Source of the DNA: Acidimicrobiales bacterium
GTDB taxonomy: Bacteria; Actinomycetota; Acidimicrobiia; Acidimicrobiales; CATQHL01
Reading direction: 5' to 3'
Length of the DNA: 64,000 nucleotides
Assembly (NCBI GenBank): GCA_965204655.1
Contig: OZ241998.1
Span: forward strand, 44,427 to 108,426
The translations under genes and the position numbers were made by a program. This document shows positions 18,544 through 30,332 of this stretch, one piece after another; within the stretch, counting starts at the first letter, position 1, and the number at the start of each line of letters is the position of its first letter. Under the pieces are notes generated by a model. That model saw only the letters and a program-made list of their open reading frames with translations, did not search any database and was not told the origin of the DNA.

Positions 18544-19488
18544 GTGAAGCAGGTGAGTCTTCCTCAGTCTGGACAGAGTTTCTGTTACAGGCATCCTTCT
18601 CGGCCTTCCGGCGTGCGCTGTCAGCGCTGCGACAGGTACATATGCCCTTCTTGCCAGTTTCTTGCCTCCGTGGGCTACCACTGCCCCGAGTGCATGGTCA
18701 GACTGGCCCGCGGCAGAGCGTCCGCCACCCCTGTTGGCCGCCGCCGGCGCGTTCGCGGCGTTCGCGTGCTAGGTGCCTTCGGAGGGCGGTGGCAGGGTCC
18801 GGTTCTTACTCGGGCGCTGGTGCTGTCCAACCTCTTGCTCTTTCTGATCACGCTGGTGCAGTCGCGCTCCGTTTGGTCGGTGCGGGTTACGGTGGGTCAA
18901 CTGTGGGGGCGGGAAGGCGTTTGGGCAAGCGGAGCCACCTGGGGTCGGCCCATCGCTGAAGACTTGGAGTGGTGGAGGCTGATTTCCGGAGCGTTCTTGC
19001 ACGCCAACCTCCTGCACGTGGGCTTCAACATGCTGTTGCTCTGGTTGCTGGGCAGGGAACTTGAGCAGATGCTGGGGACGTCTCGATTCGGGCTGATCTA
19101 CTTGATTGCGCTGCTGGCGGGTTCGTTCGGCGCCCTGTTCCACTATCCGGACGCGCCTACCGTCGGGGCTTCGGGAGGCGTCTTCGGCCTGATGGGCTCC
19201 GCCGTGGTCGTTCAGAAAGCCTCAGGCGGACGCATCAGAGACTCCGGAATTCTGGGCTTGCTAGTCCTGAACCTGATCACAACCTTCACCTTTCCTAACA
19301 TTTCCATCGGAGGTCACATCGGCGGTCTGCTAGGAGGTGGACTAGCCAGCTGGGTGCTCTTCCGGCAACAGAGGTTTACCAGCCGTGCCCACCGAGTCTT
19401 GAGGCTGGCGGTGGCTGCGGGCATCATCACGGGTTTGGTCTTTGCCGGAATGTGGGCGGCTTCGACATGGAGGAATCCGGTTTTCTAG
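18544..19488 (+). CDS. rhomboid-family intramembrane serine protease with N-terminal zinc ribbon
   Basis: CYRHP...CQRC...CPSC...CPEC ribbon, then H..N....L, GASGGVFGLMG (catalytic Ser) and GGHIGGLLGG (catalytic His) rhomboid motifs. Confidence 0.85.
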   Translation: MKQVSLPQSGQSFCYRHPSRPSGVRCQRCDRYICPSCQFLASVGYHCPECMVRLARGRASATPVGRRRRVRGVRVLGAFGGRWQGPVLTRALVLSNLLLFLITLVQSRSVWSVRVTVGQLWGREGVWASGATWGRPIAEDLEWWRLISGAFLHANLLHVGFNMLLLWLLGRELEQMLGTSRFGLIYLIALLAGSFGALFHYPDAPTVGASGGVFGLMGSAVVVQKASGGRIRDSGILGLLVLNLITTFTFPNISIGGHIGGLLGGGLASWVLFRQQRFTSRAHRVLRLAVAAGIITGLVFAGMWAASTWRNPVF

Positions 19489-19577
19489 CGGCTATTTGGT
19501 TTTCTAGAGGGGGGCAGAGGGAAGGGAACAGAGGGAAGAAGCAGGCCGCAGCCGGCAACCTCAGGCCCTCCGGTGAC

Positions 19578-20030
19578 TCAGGGCGCTCCGGCAGCGCCAC
19601 CTTCCAGGGTCGTTTTGAACCTGTGCAAGTTCCGGCACCAGATCCTGGTCAGGATGGGTTTGGCTGCCGCCGCTGTGAGCCCTCCGCCCAGCCAGAGGGG
19701 AAAGCGCAACTCCTCCTTCCAGCGGAATACCGAACCTTGCGGCGCGGGAATAATCTCAAAGCGCCCTGAGCCGCTGATTAGCCCAGTGTGGTGAACTCCC
19801 ATGGCTTCGTTCTCAACCCACTCCGTAACCTCCATCACGTCGTTTGTGACAAAAATTCCCACCCGCGTCTTGCAGGAGAAACGGGTGCCTACCCCCCGCC
19901 GCTTCTCGCCGATGAACCTGATTTTGAGGGCGTCGCTCATCCAGCGGGTGTGAGATTTGATGTCCGCAAGCGACGCCCAGAGGCGATCCGGGGGAGCGTT
20001 TATGTGGATTTGCACGCTGAAACGGGCCAT
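19578..20030 (-). CDS. SRPBCC (START/polyketide cyclase-like) family protein
   Basis: 150 aa with N-terminus FSVQIHINAPPDRLWASLADIKSHTRWM, typical of SRPBCC ligand-binding proteins. Confidence 0.65.
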   Translation of the reverse strand: MARFSVQIHINAPPDRLWASLADIKSHTRWMSDALKIRFIGEKRRGVGTRFSCKTRVGIFVTNDVMEVTEWVENEAMGVHHTGLISGSGRFEIIPAPQGSVFRWKEELRFPLWLGGGLTAAAAKPILTRIWCRNLHRFKTTLEGGAAGAP

Positions 20031-20070
20031 CTGCCTCTCCGGCTCATTGCCAAAGTTCTAGCCTGAAAGC

Positions 20071-21408
20071 GTGCAACAAGTCGCATCGGGGGCCGCCCCG
20101 CCCGCATCGGGGGTCGCCTCGCCTGTATTCCCCGCATCGGGAGCCGCCGCGATAACCGGGTCTTCCCAGAGGGAGGCCCGCTCCGCATCGGGGGTCGCCG
20201 CCCCCGTAGGGAGTGCGGCCTACTTCGACCATGCAGCCTCCACGCCGGTCGACGCCCGGGTCGTAGAGGCCATGCTGCCCTATTTCTCCGAGTGCTACGC
20301 CAATCCCACTGGCGCTCACCGAATGGCCCGCCGCGCCCGCCGCGCCATAGACGACGCCCGAGACGCCCTCGCCGAAGGTCTCGCTGCAGAGCCAGCCGAG
20401 GTCGTCTTCTGCGGCAGCGGAACGGAAGCCAACAACCTAGCCGTCTTCGGAGCGGCAGCCGCCGGCGGCGGACGGGTGTTGTGTTCGGCCTTCGAGCATC
20501 ACGCCGTTCTACGTCCCGTTCAGAGCCTGGCCGGCGGGGTGGTGGGATGCGAGAGATCCGGTGCGCTTGATCTAGACGCCCTGTCGGAGGCTCTCAATGA
20601 AGACGTTGCACTGGTCTCTGTGATGCTGGTGAACAACGAGACCGGCGTGATCACTCCGTTGGAGGAAGTGGCCGAAGTCCTGCGCAGGCGTGCACCGCAG
20701 GCGCTCCTGCACACCGACGCCGTGCAGGGTTTCCCGTGGCTGGACGTCGCAGAGGCAACCCGGGAGGCCGACCTCATCTCGCTCAGTGCGCACAAGTTCG
20801 GCGGCCCGAAGGGCGTGGGCGCACTGGTGGTGCGCGGCAACGCCCGCCTGAGGGCGCAGACGCTGGGAGGGGGACAGGAGATGGGGCTGCGAAGCGGCAC
20901 CCAGAACACGTCCGGCATAGTAGGGATGGGCAAGGCGGTGGAGATCGTGCTCTCGGAGCGCCCGTCGGCGACCGAGCGGGTGCGTGTATTGCGCAACCGA
21001 CTTGCCGACGGGATACTCGCTGCGCTGGGAGGCGTCGTGGAGACGGGGGTGCGGTCGTTCGGCGGAGAGGTCTCTTCGCCCGAGGCGATGTCCGAAGCTC
21101 TTCAGACGCCGAGCGTCGACCGCTCCGGCAAGGCTGCCGGCTTTTGCCACCTCTGTTTCGAGGACGTTGAAAGCGAGGCTCTGCTGTTCTTGTTGGAGCG
21201 GGAGGGCGTCTACGCTTCGGCGGCCTCTTCGTGCGCCAGCGGCGCCGAGGAACCCTCTCACGTGCTGGCCGCCATGGGCTTCCCGCGGACCTTGGCCAGA
21301 GGATCCCTGCGGCTGTCTCTGGGATATGCGACCACTCAAGACGACGTGGATCGAGCGCTTTCTGTGCTTCCGGCGGCGGTTGCGCAACTCCGCCGGGCGC
21401 CGGCCTGA
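20071..21408 (+). CDS. cysteine desulfurase (NifS/IscS-like, class V aminotransferase)
   Basis: YFDHAASTP, SAHKFGGPKGVGALVV (PLP Lys) and a SSCASG catalytic-Cys loop. The only in-frame canonical (ATG/GTG/TTG) start I found upstream of YFDHAAS is the GTG at 20071, which adds about 50 aa of repeat-encoded sequence. Confidence 0.85.
   Translation: MQQVASGAAPPASGVASPVFPASGAAAITGSSQREARSASGVAAPVGSAAYFDHAASTPVDARVVEAMLPYFSECYANPTGAHRMARRARRAIDDARDALAEGLAAEPAEVVFCGSGTEANNLAVFGAAAAGGGRVLCSAFEHHAVLRPVQSLAGGVVGCERSGALDLDALSEALNEDVALVSVMLVNNETGVITPLEEVAEVLRRRAPQALLHTDAVQGFPWLDVAEATREADLISLSAHKFGGPKGVGALVVRGNARLRAQTLGGGQEMGLRSGTQNTSGIVGMGKAVEIVLSERPSATERVRVLRNRLADGILAALGGVVETGVRSFGGEVSSPEAMSEALQTPSVDRSGKAAGFCHLCFEDVESEALLFLLEREGVYASAASSCASGAEEPSHVLAAMGFPRTLARGSLRLSLGYATTQDDVDRALSVLPAAVAQLRRAPA
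20083..20199 (+). repeat. four dispersed copies of GCATCGGGRGYCGCC
   Basis: Copies start at 20083, 20104, 20134 and 20185 (spacings 21, 30 and 51 nt). They lie between the divergent SRPBCC and desulfurase genes, inside the annotated desulfurase N-terminal extension. Confidence 0.8.
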
Positions 21409-21419
21409 AGGGGCGTCGG

Positions 21420-22445
21420 ATGCTCGTGCTGGCAGCTATGTCGGGAGGAGTGGATTCCTCCGTGGCCGCTGCGCTGCTCCTAGAGGAGGGACACGACGTG
21501 GTGGGTGTCACTTTGAAGCTCTGGGGAGGGGCGTCGGATACCGGCTGCTGCTCCGTATCCGACGTTGCGGACGCTAGACGGGTGGCCGACAAACTGGGGA
21601 TAGAGCACCACGTCTTCAACTTCGGCGAGGACTTCTCAGAGCGGGTCGTAGACCACTACACGCACGCCCACGCATCCGGGCGAACCCCCAACCCCTGCGT
21701 GGAGTGCAACCGGCACATTAAGTTCGACAGGCTGCTGAGGCGGGCTGAGGCGTTGGGTTTTGACGCCGTCGCCACCGGCCACCACGCCCGCATTGTGGAC
21801 GTCGGCGGCTCAGCGCTGCGGGTGGCGAGGGGCGCTGACTCCGCCAAAGACCAGTCCTACGTGCTGCACATGCTCGCTCCGGGGGAATTGTCCCGTTTGA
21901 AGTTCCCAGTGGGAAGGTTGACGAAGCCGCAGGTTCGTTCAATCGCCGATCGTCTGGGTCTAGTCACGGCCGGGAAGCCCGACAGCATGGGCGTCTGTTT
22001 TATAAAGCGCGGCTCGCGCGGTTCGTTTCTGCGCGACCGCCTGCAGTTCACCCCCGCCGTAGTGGTGGACACCGAGGGGAAGCGTCTGGGGGACGCGCCG
22101 GCCTTGGAACTGCTGACGGTCGGCCAGCGCAGGGGATTGGGCATCGGGGGGCGCTCCGGCCCGGCGTATGTGGTTGACGTTGACCCTCATTCGGCCAGAG
22201 TTACCTTGGGCTGCCGCCGTGACCTGATGAGGACTACGCAGCGGCTGGAGTCGCTGCGTTGGGCGGGGGAGCCGGTCAGCAGCCCAGTGGAGGTTCAGAC
22301 GAGCGCCCACGGCGCTGTGCGCCCTGGCAGCGTGGAAGGCGGCCTGCTTACCTGGTCGGAGCCGCAGCCCCGTGTGGCGCCCGGTCAAAGCGTGGTCTTT
22401 TACGATGGCGGGATTGTGCTCGGCGGAGGAACGGCCGCTCTCTAG
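21420..22445 (+). CDS. mnmA: tRNA 2-thiouridine(34) synthase
   Basis: MLVLAAMSGGVDSSVAAALL PP-loop, CC.V.D..DA..VA..LGI. Start taken at the ATG at 21420, because the track ORF from 21231 overlaps the desulfurase gene. Confidence 0.9.
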   Translation: MLVLAAMSGGVDSSVAAALLLEEGHDVVGVTLKLWGGASDTGCCSVSDVADARRVADKLGIEHHVFNFGEDFSERVVDHYTHAHASGRTPNPCVECNRHIKFDRLLRRAEALGFDAVATGHHARIVDVGGSALRVARGADSAKDQSYVLHMLAPGELSRLKFPVGRLTKPQVRSIADRLGLVTAGKPDSMGVCFIKRGSRGSFLRDRLQFTPAVVVDTEGKRLGDAPALELLTVGQRRGLGIGGRSGPAYVVDVDPHSARVTLGCRRDLMRTTQRLESLRWAGEPVSSPVEVQTSAHGAVRPGSVEGGLLTWSEPQPRVAPGQSVVFYDGGIVLGGGTAAL

Positions 22446-22472
22446 CGCTCAAGTCCAGGGCAAGACTCTTTC

Positions 22473-26148
<3,676 letters not shown>

Positions 26149-26181
26149 GCCGCCGAGTTGTCCGGTTAGCGTAGACAGAGA

Positions 26182-26267
26182 GCCCGGGTGGCGGAATCGG
26201 TAGACGCTGAGGGCTTAAACCCCTCTGCCCCGTCAGGGGCGTATGGGTTCAAATCCCATCCCGGGCA
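26182..26267 (+). tRNA. tRNA-Leu (anticodon TAA)
   Basis: 86-nt class II tRNA: acceptor GCCCGGG/CCCGGGC, anticodon stem GAGGG/CCCTC with loop CTTAAAC, long variable arm TGCCCCGTCAGGGGCG, T-loop GGTTCAAATCC. Confidence 0.95.
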
Positions 26268-26316
26268 CCGAGATCGGGGATTCCCCTCGGTCTAGATCCT
26301 GGGGGGCTCCTTCGGT

Positions 26317-27276
26317 ATGACTTGGACGAACTTGAGGAATGCCCGATTGTTGAGGACGTCAGTGGTGCTGGCGGCGCTGGCGGGAATGCTTTCTTGTTCC
26401 TCCTGCGCCGACCCCTCCGATGAAACCCCCGCCGGGGAATCTCTTCCCCCGATGTTCGCTGACGCAGACTCTGGGGAAGGAGTTTTCTCATCAAGCGTCG
26501 ATCTAGCGGAAGCAGCCGCCGAGATCGCCGACCCCAACGCCGAGCCCAAAACGGCGCTGGGGCGCCTGCGGGCCCGCTACTTCCCGAAGTGGTCTTCTGA
26601 TCTGGACTGGGCGTTCCCACCCGATGTGTGCGAGAGCCCTTGGGAACTAGACGCCATCGCCGTAGGGGTGGCCTATGCCGACTCACGGGTACTGGGCGAC
26701 GTCCACAAGGCGGCCGCCCTGGCGGTCATGCGCTACGAACTATTTACCTCCCGCGCCATGTTCGAGCCGAGTGTGCTTTCGCAAATCTGCCTCTCAACGG
26801 TCTCCCTGCCCCCCGCTCGTACGACAAACCTGGCGGTTCTGGCGTCCTATATAGACAGCGGCGCCCGCCGAACTGAAATCCCAAGTCACCCCTCTTCAGT
26901 CGAGATAATCGCCACCGCCCCGGCAGCGGTCTTGGCTGCCGCCTGCGTGAAGCCCGGTTACGCCACCGTCCTCTCCGCAGATTCTGTAGTGGTGAGTGAG
27001 CCTCAGGCGGCTGTTCGTCTGCAGACCTACCTGCTGACGCTGGCTTCCGGTCAGGAGGACGAGGTGGCAGACGTTACCTTGCGCGTCGCCCGCCTGTTCC
27101 ATCGTCCGGCGGATGGCTGCGAAGAACTCGTAGAATGGTTGGGCGAATGGAGGCTTCGGGTGGAAGCGTGGATTGCCGAAGGTCGGTTGTGGAACGCCGC
27201 CGATGCGGTGATCACCCAAGAAGAACTCTGCAGCGGAGAACATAAGGCTGAGGATTGCCCGCGCAATTGGATGTGA
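26317..27276 (+). CDS. hypothetical lipoprotein / secreted protein
   Basis: N-terminal RLLRTSVVLAALAGMLSCSSC signal with a lipobox-like Cys. I recognise no family. Its stop overlaps the start of the next gene (TGATG). Confidence 0.55.
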   Translation: MTWTNLRNARLLRTSVVLAALAGMLSCSSCADPSDETPAGESLPPMFADADSGEGVFSSSVDLAEAAAEIADPNAEPKTALGRLRARYFPKWSSDLDWAFPPDVCESPWELDAIAVGVAYADSRVLGDVHKAAALAVMRYELFTSRAMFEPSVLSQICLSTVSLPPARTTNLAVLASYIDSGARRTEIPSHPSSVEIIATAPAAVLAAACVKPGYATVLSADSVVVSEPQAAVRLQTYLLTLASGQEDEVADVTLRVARLFHRPADGCEELVEWLGEWRLRVEAWIAEGRLWNAADAVITQEELCSGEHKAEDCPRNWM

Positions 27277-29555
27277 TGAGAATCAGGCTCAAAGACAATC
27301 CAACTAAACCACCTAGCAGGTTGCGCAGACGCAGTTGCCTGACAACGGCTATCTGCCTGTTGTTGATCACGCTGGTGGCCGCTCCGTTCTCAACCGAAAC
27401 CCTGCCCGGCCCGCTCAAGGACTTGGCAGCGCCTTCCCCGGTGCGGGCTCAAGATCCGGCGCCGGACGACACTGACGATGACGACACTGACGAACCGGCC
27501 TATACCACGGGTACTCCCGCTTCTTGCCCGAGTTCACCCATCGGGTGGGTGACAAGGAGCGAAAACTGCGAATTGAACATTCCCGTTCCTTGTCCTACGG
27601 GCTATCCGAACCTCTCTTTGTCTTTTCCTGCGTACTGCTACACGGAGGCTTCAGGTGAGGCTTCCAAACCTCCGGAGTGTTCCAGCCCAGGGGTGAGCAA
27701 TGCGGTGGTCATTTCGGTCAACGCCAGGACTTGTCGAATACATGTGTTGCGTACCTGCCCGGCCGGGGTCTTGCTCAGAGAGGGTTGGACGGATGGCACG
27801 GACTGGGATGAAGACAGGGACGGCGACGTCGATACCGCGTACGACGCCAATGACGACGACCTAGTTGACGACGAACATCACTACTTGAGGTGCAAGGCGA
27901 TTCAACGCCGTTCATGGACCTGCCCGGACGGCTATTTGACAAGTAACCAATTCAATTCGTGTTACCGCCCAAGCAGCGGAGAACTAGCGGAAGGTACGAC
28001 GCATCCGGCTTGTGACACCATCTCCGGCGCTCCCGCCTTCACGGTGCTGGAATGCGGAAGTTACGCAGGTGGCGACTACGACAATTCCAGAACGTGTCCC
28101 AGCGTTTCGAGCAGTTTCACGGCTGCGACAGGCGGGGCTTCAGCCCTCTACTGGTGTACCTTTGATTCCGCAAAATTGAACGTGGATTGCAACAGGACAA
28201 CCGTACCGAGCGGAGCCGACTGCGCCGTCAATACGGCGTACTGTTTGATGCGGGCGAGCCGGACAGGAGGTTGCGACGCAATCCTAAGAAACTTGACTTG
28301 CGCTCGCCTTCAGGCAGCGTACGTAGACGCAACCAACAAGGAAACGGCCGGGCAGAACGCCAGCCGCAGCGGATGTTCTCCTTGTTTAGTGCTGCCCTTT
28401 GCGAGCGTGTCGGGGAGTTGTCCCGATGAGATCACCGGTCAACCTACGAACAGTTTGGCTAATCGGGCTTATATTGCCAGCGTCAAAAGCAACGGAGGGC
28501 ATCTAAGAAGGGGTTCTTCTAGTTGCCAAAACCCTCCGCCTGGCCGCTTAGAGATGAGATCGCTTCACCAAACGAGGCTGCCGGTAGTGAACATAGACTT
28601 AATACTCACCTTTAGGGATATTCCGGAATTTTCTTACAGTTATAGTCCTAGGTACGACAATCCAATAAACGTTTACGGCAGGAATACGATATATGAGAAT
28701 AGATACATCAATATCCTAACGGATGATGAAACGATTAGGCTTGCCAGAATTCCGACAGGTACGCAGACGTCCTGGTCTAGTGTAGGGGAGTGTGCCGTTG
28801 ATTTTGCCCCCGTGTTCTTCATTAAAGTGGAAGAACTCTGGCCGGGTAATAGCGCAGATCATAGAACGAGAATAATCAATCTATTTGGGTCGGATGCATT
28901 GGACTGGTGGAACGATCTGACGACGGAAGAAAAAACTAGGTTGAATACAGCGTATGGCCAGAATCTCTACTCGGCGGAACACAATTGCCATTTGGAGCCG
29001 CCGATCTGGTGTAAGTGGAAGCCGGAGAAGGCGGGCTATTACAGTGTGACTGGTTTGACTATTGCACGAGCTACAGAAAAGGAATTTGCTTTGAGAAATC
29101 CTAGTACTGGCGAGCGCATACCGACTTCAGGTGAATCATTCGACCTCTGGGAAGCAGTATTCCCGATAACACGAAAGCAATCCACGATTGCGAATCAGCT
29201 AAGAGATTATTTTGACGGTGCCAAGATTCAAATTCCGAGTTCAATCTGGCACTCTAGTGGAAGCAGCCAGACTTCTGACCATGAAGGTAATCAAATTACA
29301 GTTTACTATGATTATGCTAGTGCTATAACAAAGATAATAGATTCCGGCGGCAACACAATCACGCTAGGAGACAACGGTAGTATAAACGACGAGGTAACGG
29401 CCGCAATTCTAATGGGGAAAATAGATCCGGAAGCTCTAAATTCTTTCGTAATAGGAGGAAGTGGCAGCCGAGACTACGGGATTTATACCGAGACTGAACC
29501 TATCGGTGTGCAGGTTAACGAAGTACGAGTTCTTACTCGCAAACCTTCAGGTTAA
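27276..29555 (+). CDS. large secreted cysteine-rich protein of unknown function
   Basis: ATG at 27276 shares its A with the upstream TGA. It has a signal/TM segment (CLTTAICLLLITLVAAPF) and an acidic stretch. I count 23 Cys in the next about 365 residues, with a recurrent [TSP]-C-P motif. The C-terminal about 330 aa are Cys-poor, Asn/Ile/Tyr-rich and low in GC. Confidence 0.65.
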   Translation: MRIRLKDNPTKPPSRLRRRSCLTTAICLLLITLVAAPFSTETLPGPLKDLAAPSPVRAQDPAPDDTDDDDTDEPAYTTGTPASCPSSPIGWVTRSENCELNIPVPCPTGYPNLSLSFPAYCYTEASGEASKPPECSSPGVSNAVVISVNARTCRIHVLRTCPAGVLLREGWTDGTDWDEDRDGDVDTAYDANDDDLVDDEHHYLRCKAIQRRSWTCPDGYLTSNQFNSCYRPSSGELAEGTTHPACDTISGAPAFTVLECGSYAGGDYDNSRTCPSVSSSFTAATGGASALYWCTFDSAKLNVDCNRTTVPSGADCAVNTAYCLMRASRTGGCDAILRNLTCARLQAAYVDATNKETAGQNASRSGCSPCLVLPFASVSGSCPDEITGQPTNSLANRAYIASVKSNGGHLRRGSSSCQNPPPGRLEMRSLHQTRLPVVNIDLILTFRDIPEFSYSYSPRYDNPINVYGRNTIYENRYINILTDDETIRLARIPTGTQTSWSSVGECAVDFAPVFFIKVEELWPGNSADHRTRIINLFGSDALDWWNDLTTEEKTRLNTAYGQNLYSAEHNCHLEPPIWCKWKPEKAGYYSVTGLTIARATEKEFALRNPSTGERIPTSGESFDLWEAVFPITRKQSTIANQLRDYFDGAKIQIPSSIWHSSGSSQTSDHEGNQITVYYDYASAITKIIDSGGNTITLGDNGSINDEVTAAILMGKIDPEALNSFVIGGSGSRDYGIYTETEPIGVQVNEVRVLTRKPSG

Positions 29556-29564
29556 GACTCAGCC

Positions 29565-30326
29565 TTAACCCACGCCAAACCTGACGGCGGCCTCCATGGA
29601 GTCGAATCTACGCAGTATATCGTTTTGCAGTACCTGGAGATCAGGGCTGTTCGGATGGCGGGGGCGGGGCAAGTCGACCGGTATGTCGTCGTAGATGACG
29701 CCTCCCGGACGCATCATGATAATCCGGTCAGCGAGTTCCACCGCTTCGTTGACGTCGTGTGTAACCAATATCGCTGTCTTGCGCGTCTGAATCCATATCC
29801 GCTGGAGGTAGTCGCGCAGGGAGCGTCCGGTTAAGGCGTCTAGGTGGCTGAAGGGCTCGTCCATCAGGAGTATGTCGGGGTTTACTAGGAAAGCGCGTGC
29901 TATGTTGACCCGCTGCTGCATGCCGGCGGATAGTTGCGAGGGATATAGGTCGGCTACCTCGCTGAGGCCCACCATAGAAAGATAGAACTCGGCTTCACGT
30001 CGCGACCTGTCCGACTTGCGGTCCAACACGAAAAGCATGTTGTTGACAATCGTTCGCCAGGGGAGCAGGCGGGGTTCCTGGAATACGTAACTGATGTGGG
30101 CAGGCACGCCGTCCTGAACAGAGCGTACGGTTCCCGACGTGGGCTGCTCGACGCCAGCGACGATGTTGAGCAGGGTCGTCTTGCCGCACCCCGACGGTCC
30201 TACTATGGCTACGAGCACGTTGCCGGTGATCGACATGTTCACACCGCCTACCGCCTGCACCTGGTTGGGCTGATTGGTAGTGGGGGGGAAGATCTTCGTG
30301 AGGTTTTCGATCAGGATGGTGGCCAT
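29565..30326 (-). CDS. ABC transporter ATP-binding protein (NitT/TauT family)
   Basis: Walker A GPSGCGKTT, signature LSAGMQQR, Walker B ILLMDEPFS, about 250 aa, SsuB/TauB-like. Confidence 0.9.
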   Translation of the reverse strand: MATILIENLTKIFPPTTNQPNQVQAVGGVNMSITGNVLVAIVGPSGCGKTTLLNIVAGVEQPTSGTVRSVQDGVPAHISYVFQEPRLLPWRTIVNNMLFVLDRKSDRSRREAEFYLSMVGLSEVADLYPSQLSAGMQQRVNIARAFLVNPDILLMDEPFSHLDALTGRSLRDYLQRIWIQTRKTAILVTHDVNEAVELADRIIMMRPGGVIYDDIPVDLPRPRHPNSPDLQVLQNDILRRFDSMEAAVRFGVG

Positions 30327-30332
30327 GAGGTC

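Noticed and set aside
20572-21619. Long minus-strand ORFs (271 and 278 aa) across the desulfurase gene
   Set aside because: They are antisense shadow frames. The plus frame carries the PLP-Lys and catalytic-Cys motifs.
27276-29555. Calling the Cys-rich protein a polymorphic toxin
   Set aside because: No recognisable toxin domain, pre-toxin repeat (RHS/YD, filamentous haemagglutinin and similar) or downstream immunity-sized ORF is present. The next gene is a convergent ABC ATPase only 9 nt away. Only the compositional break is reported.
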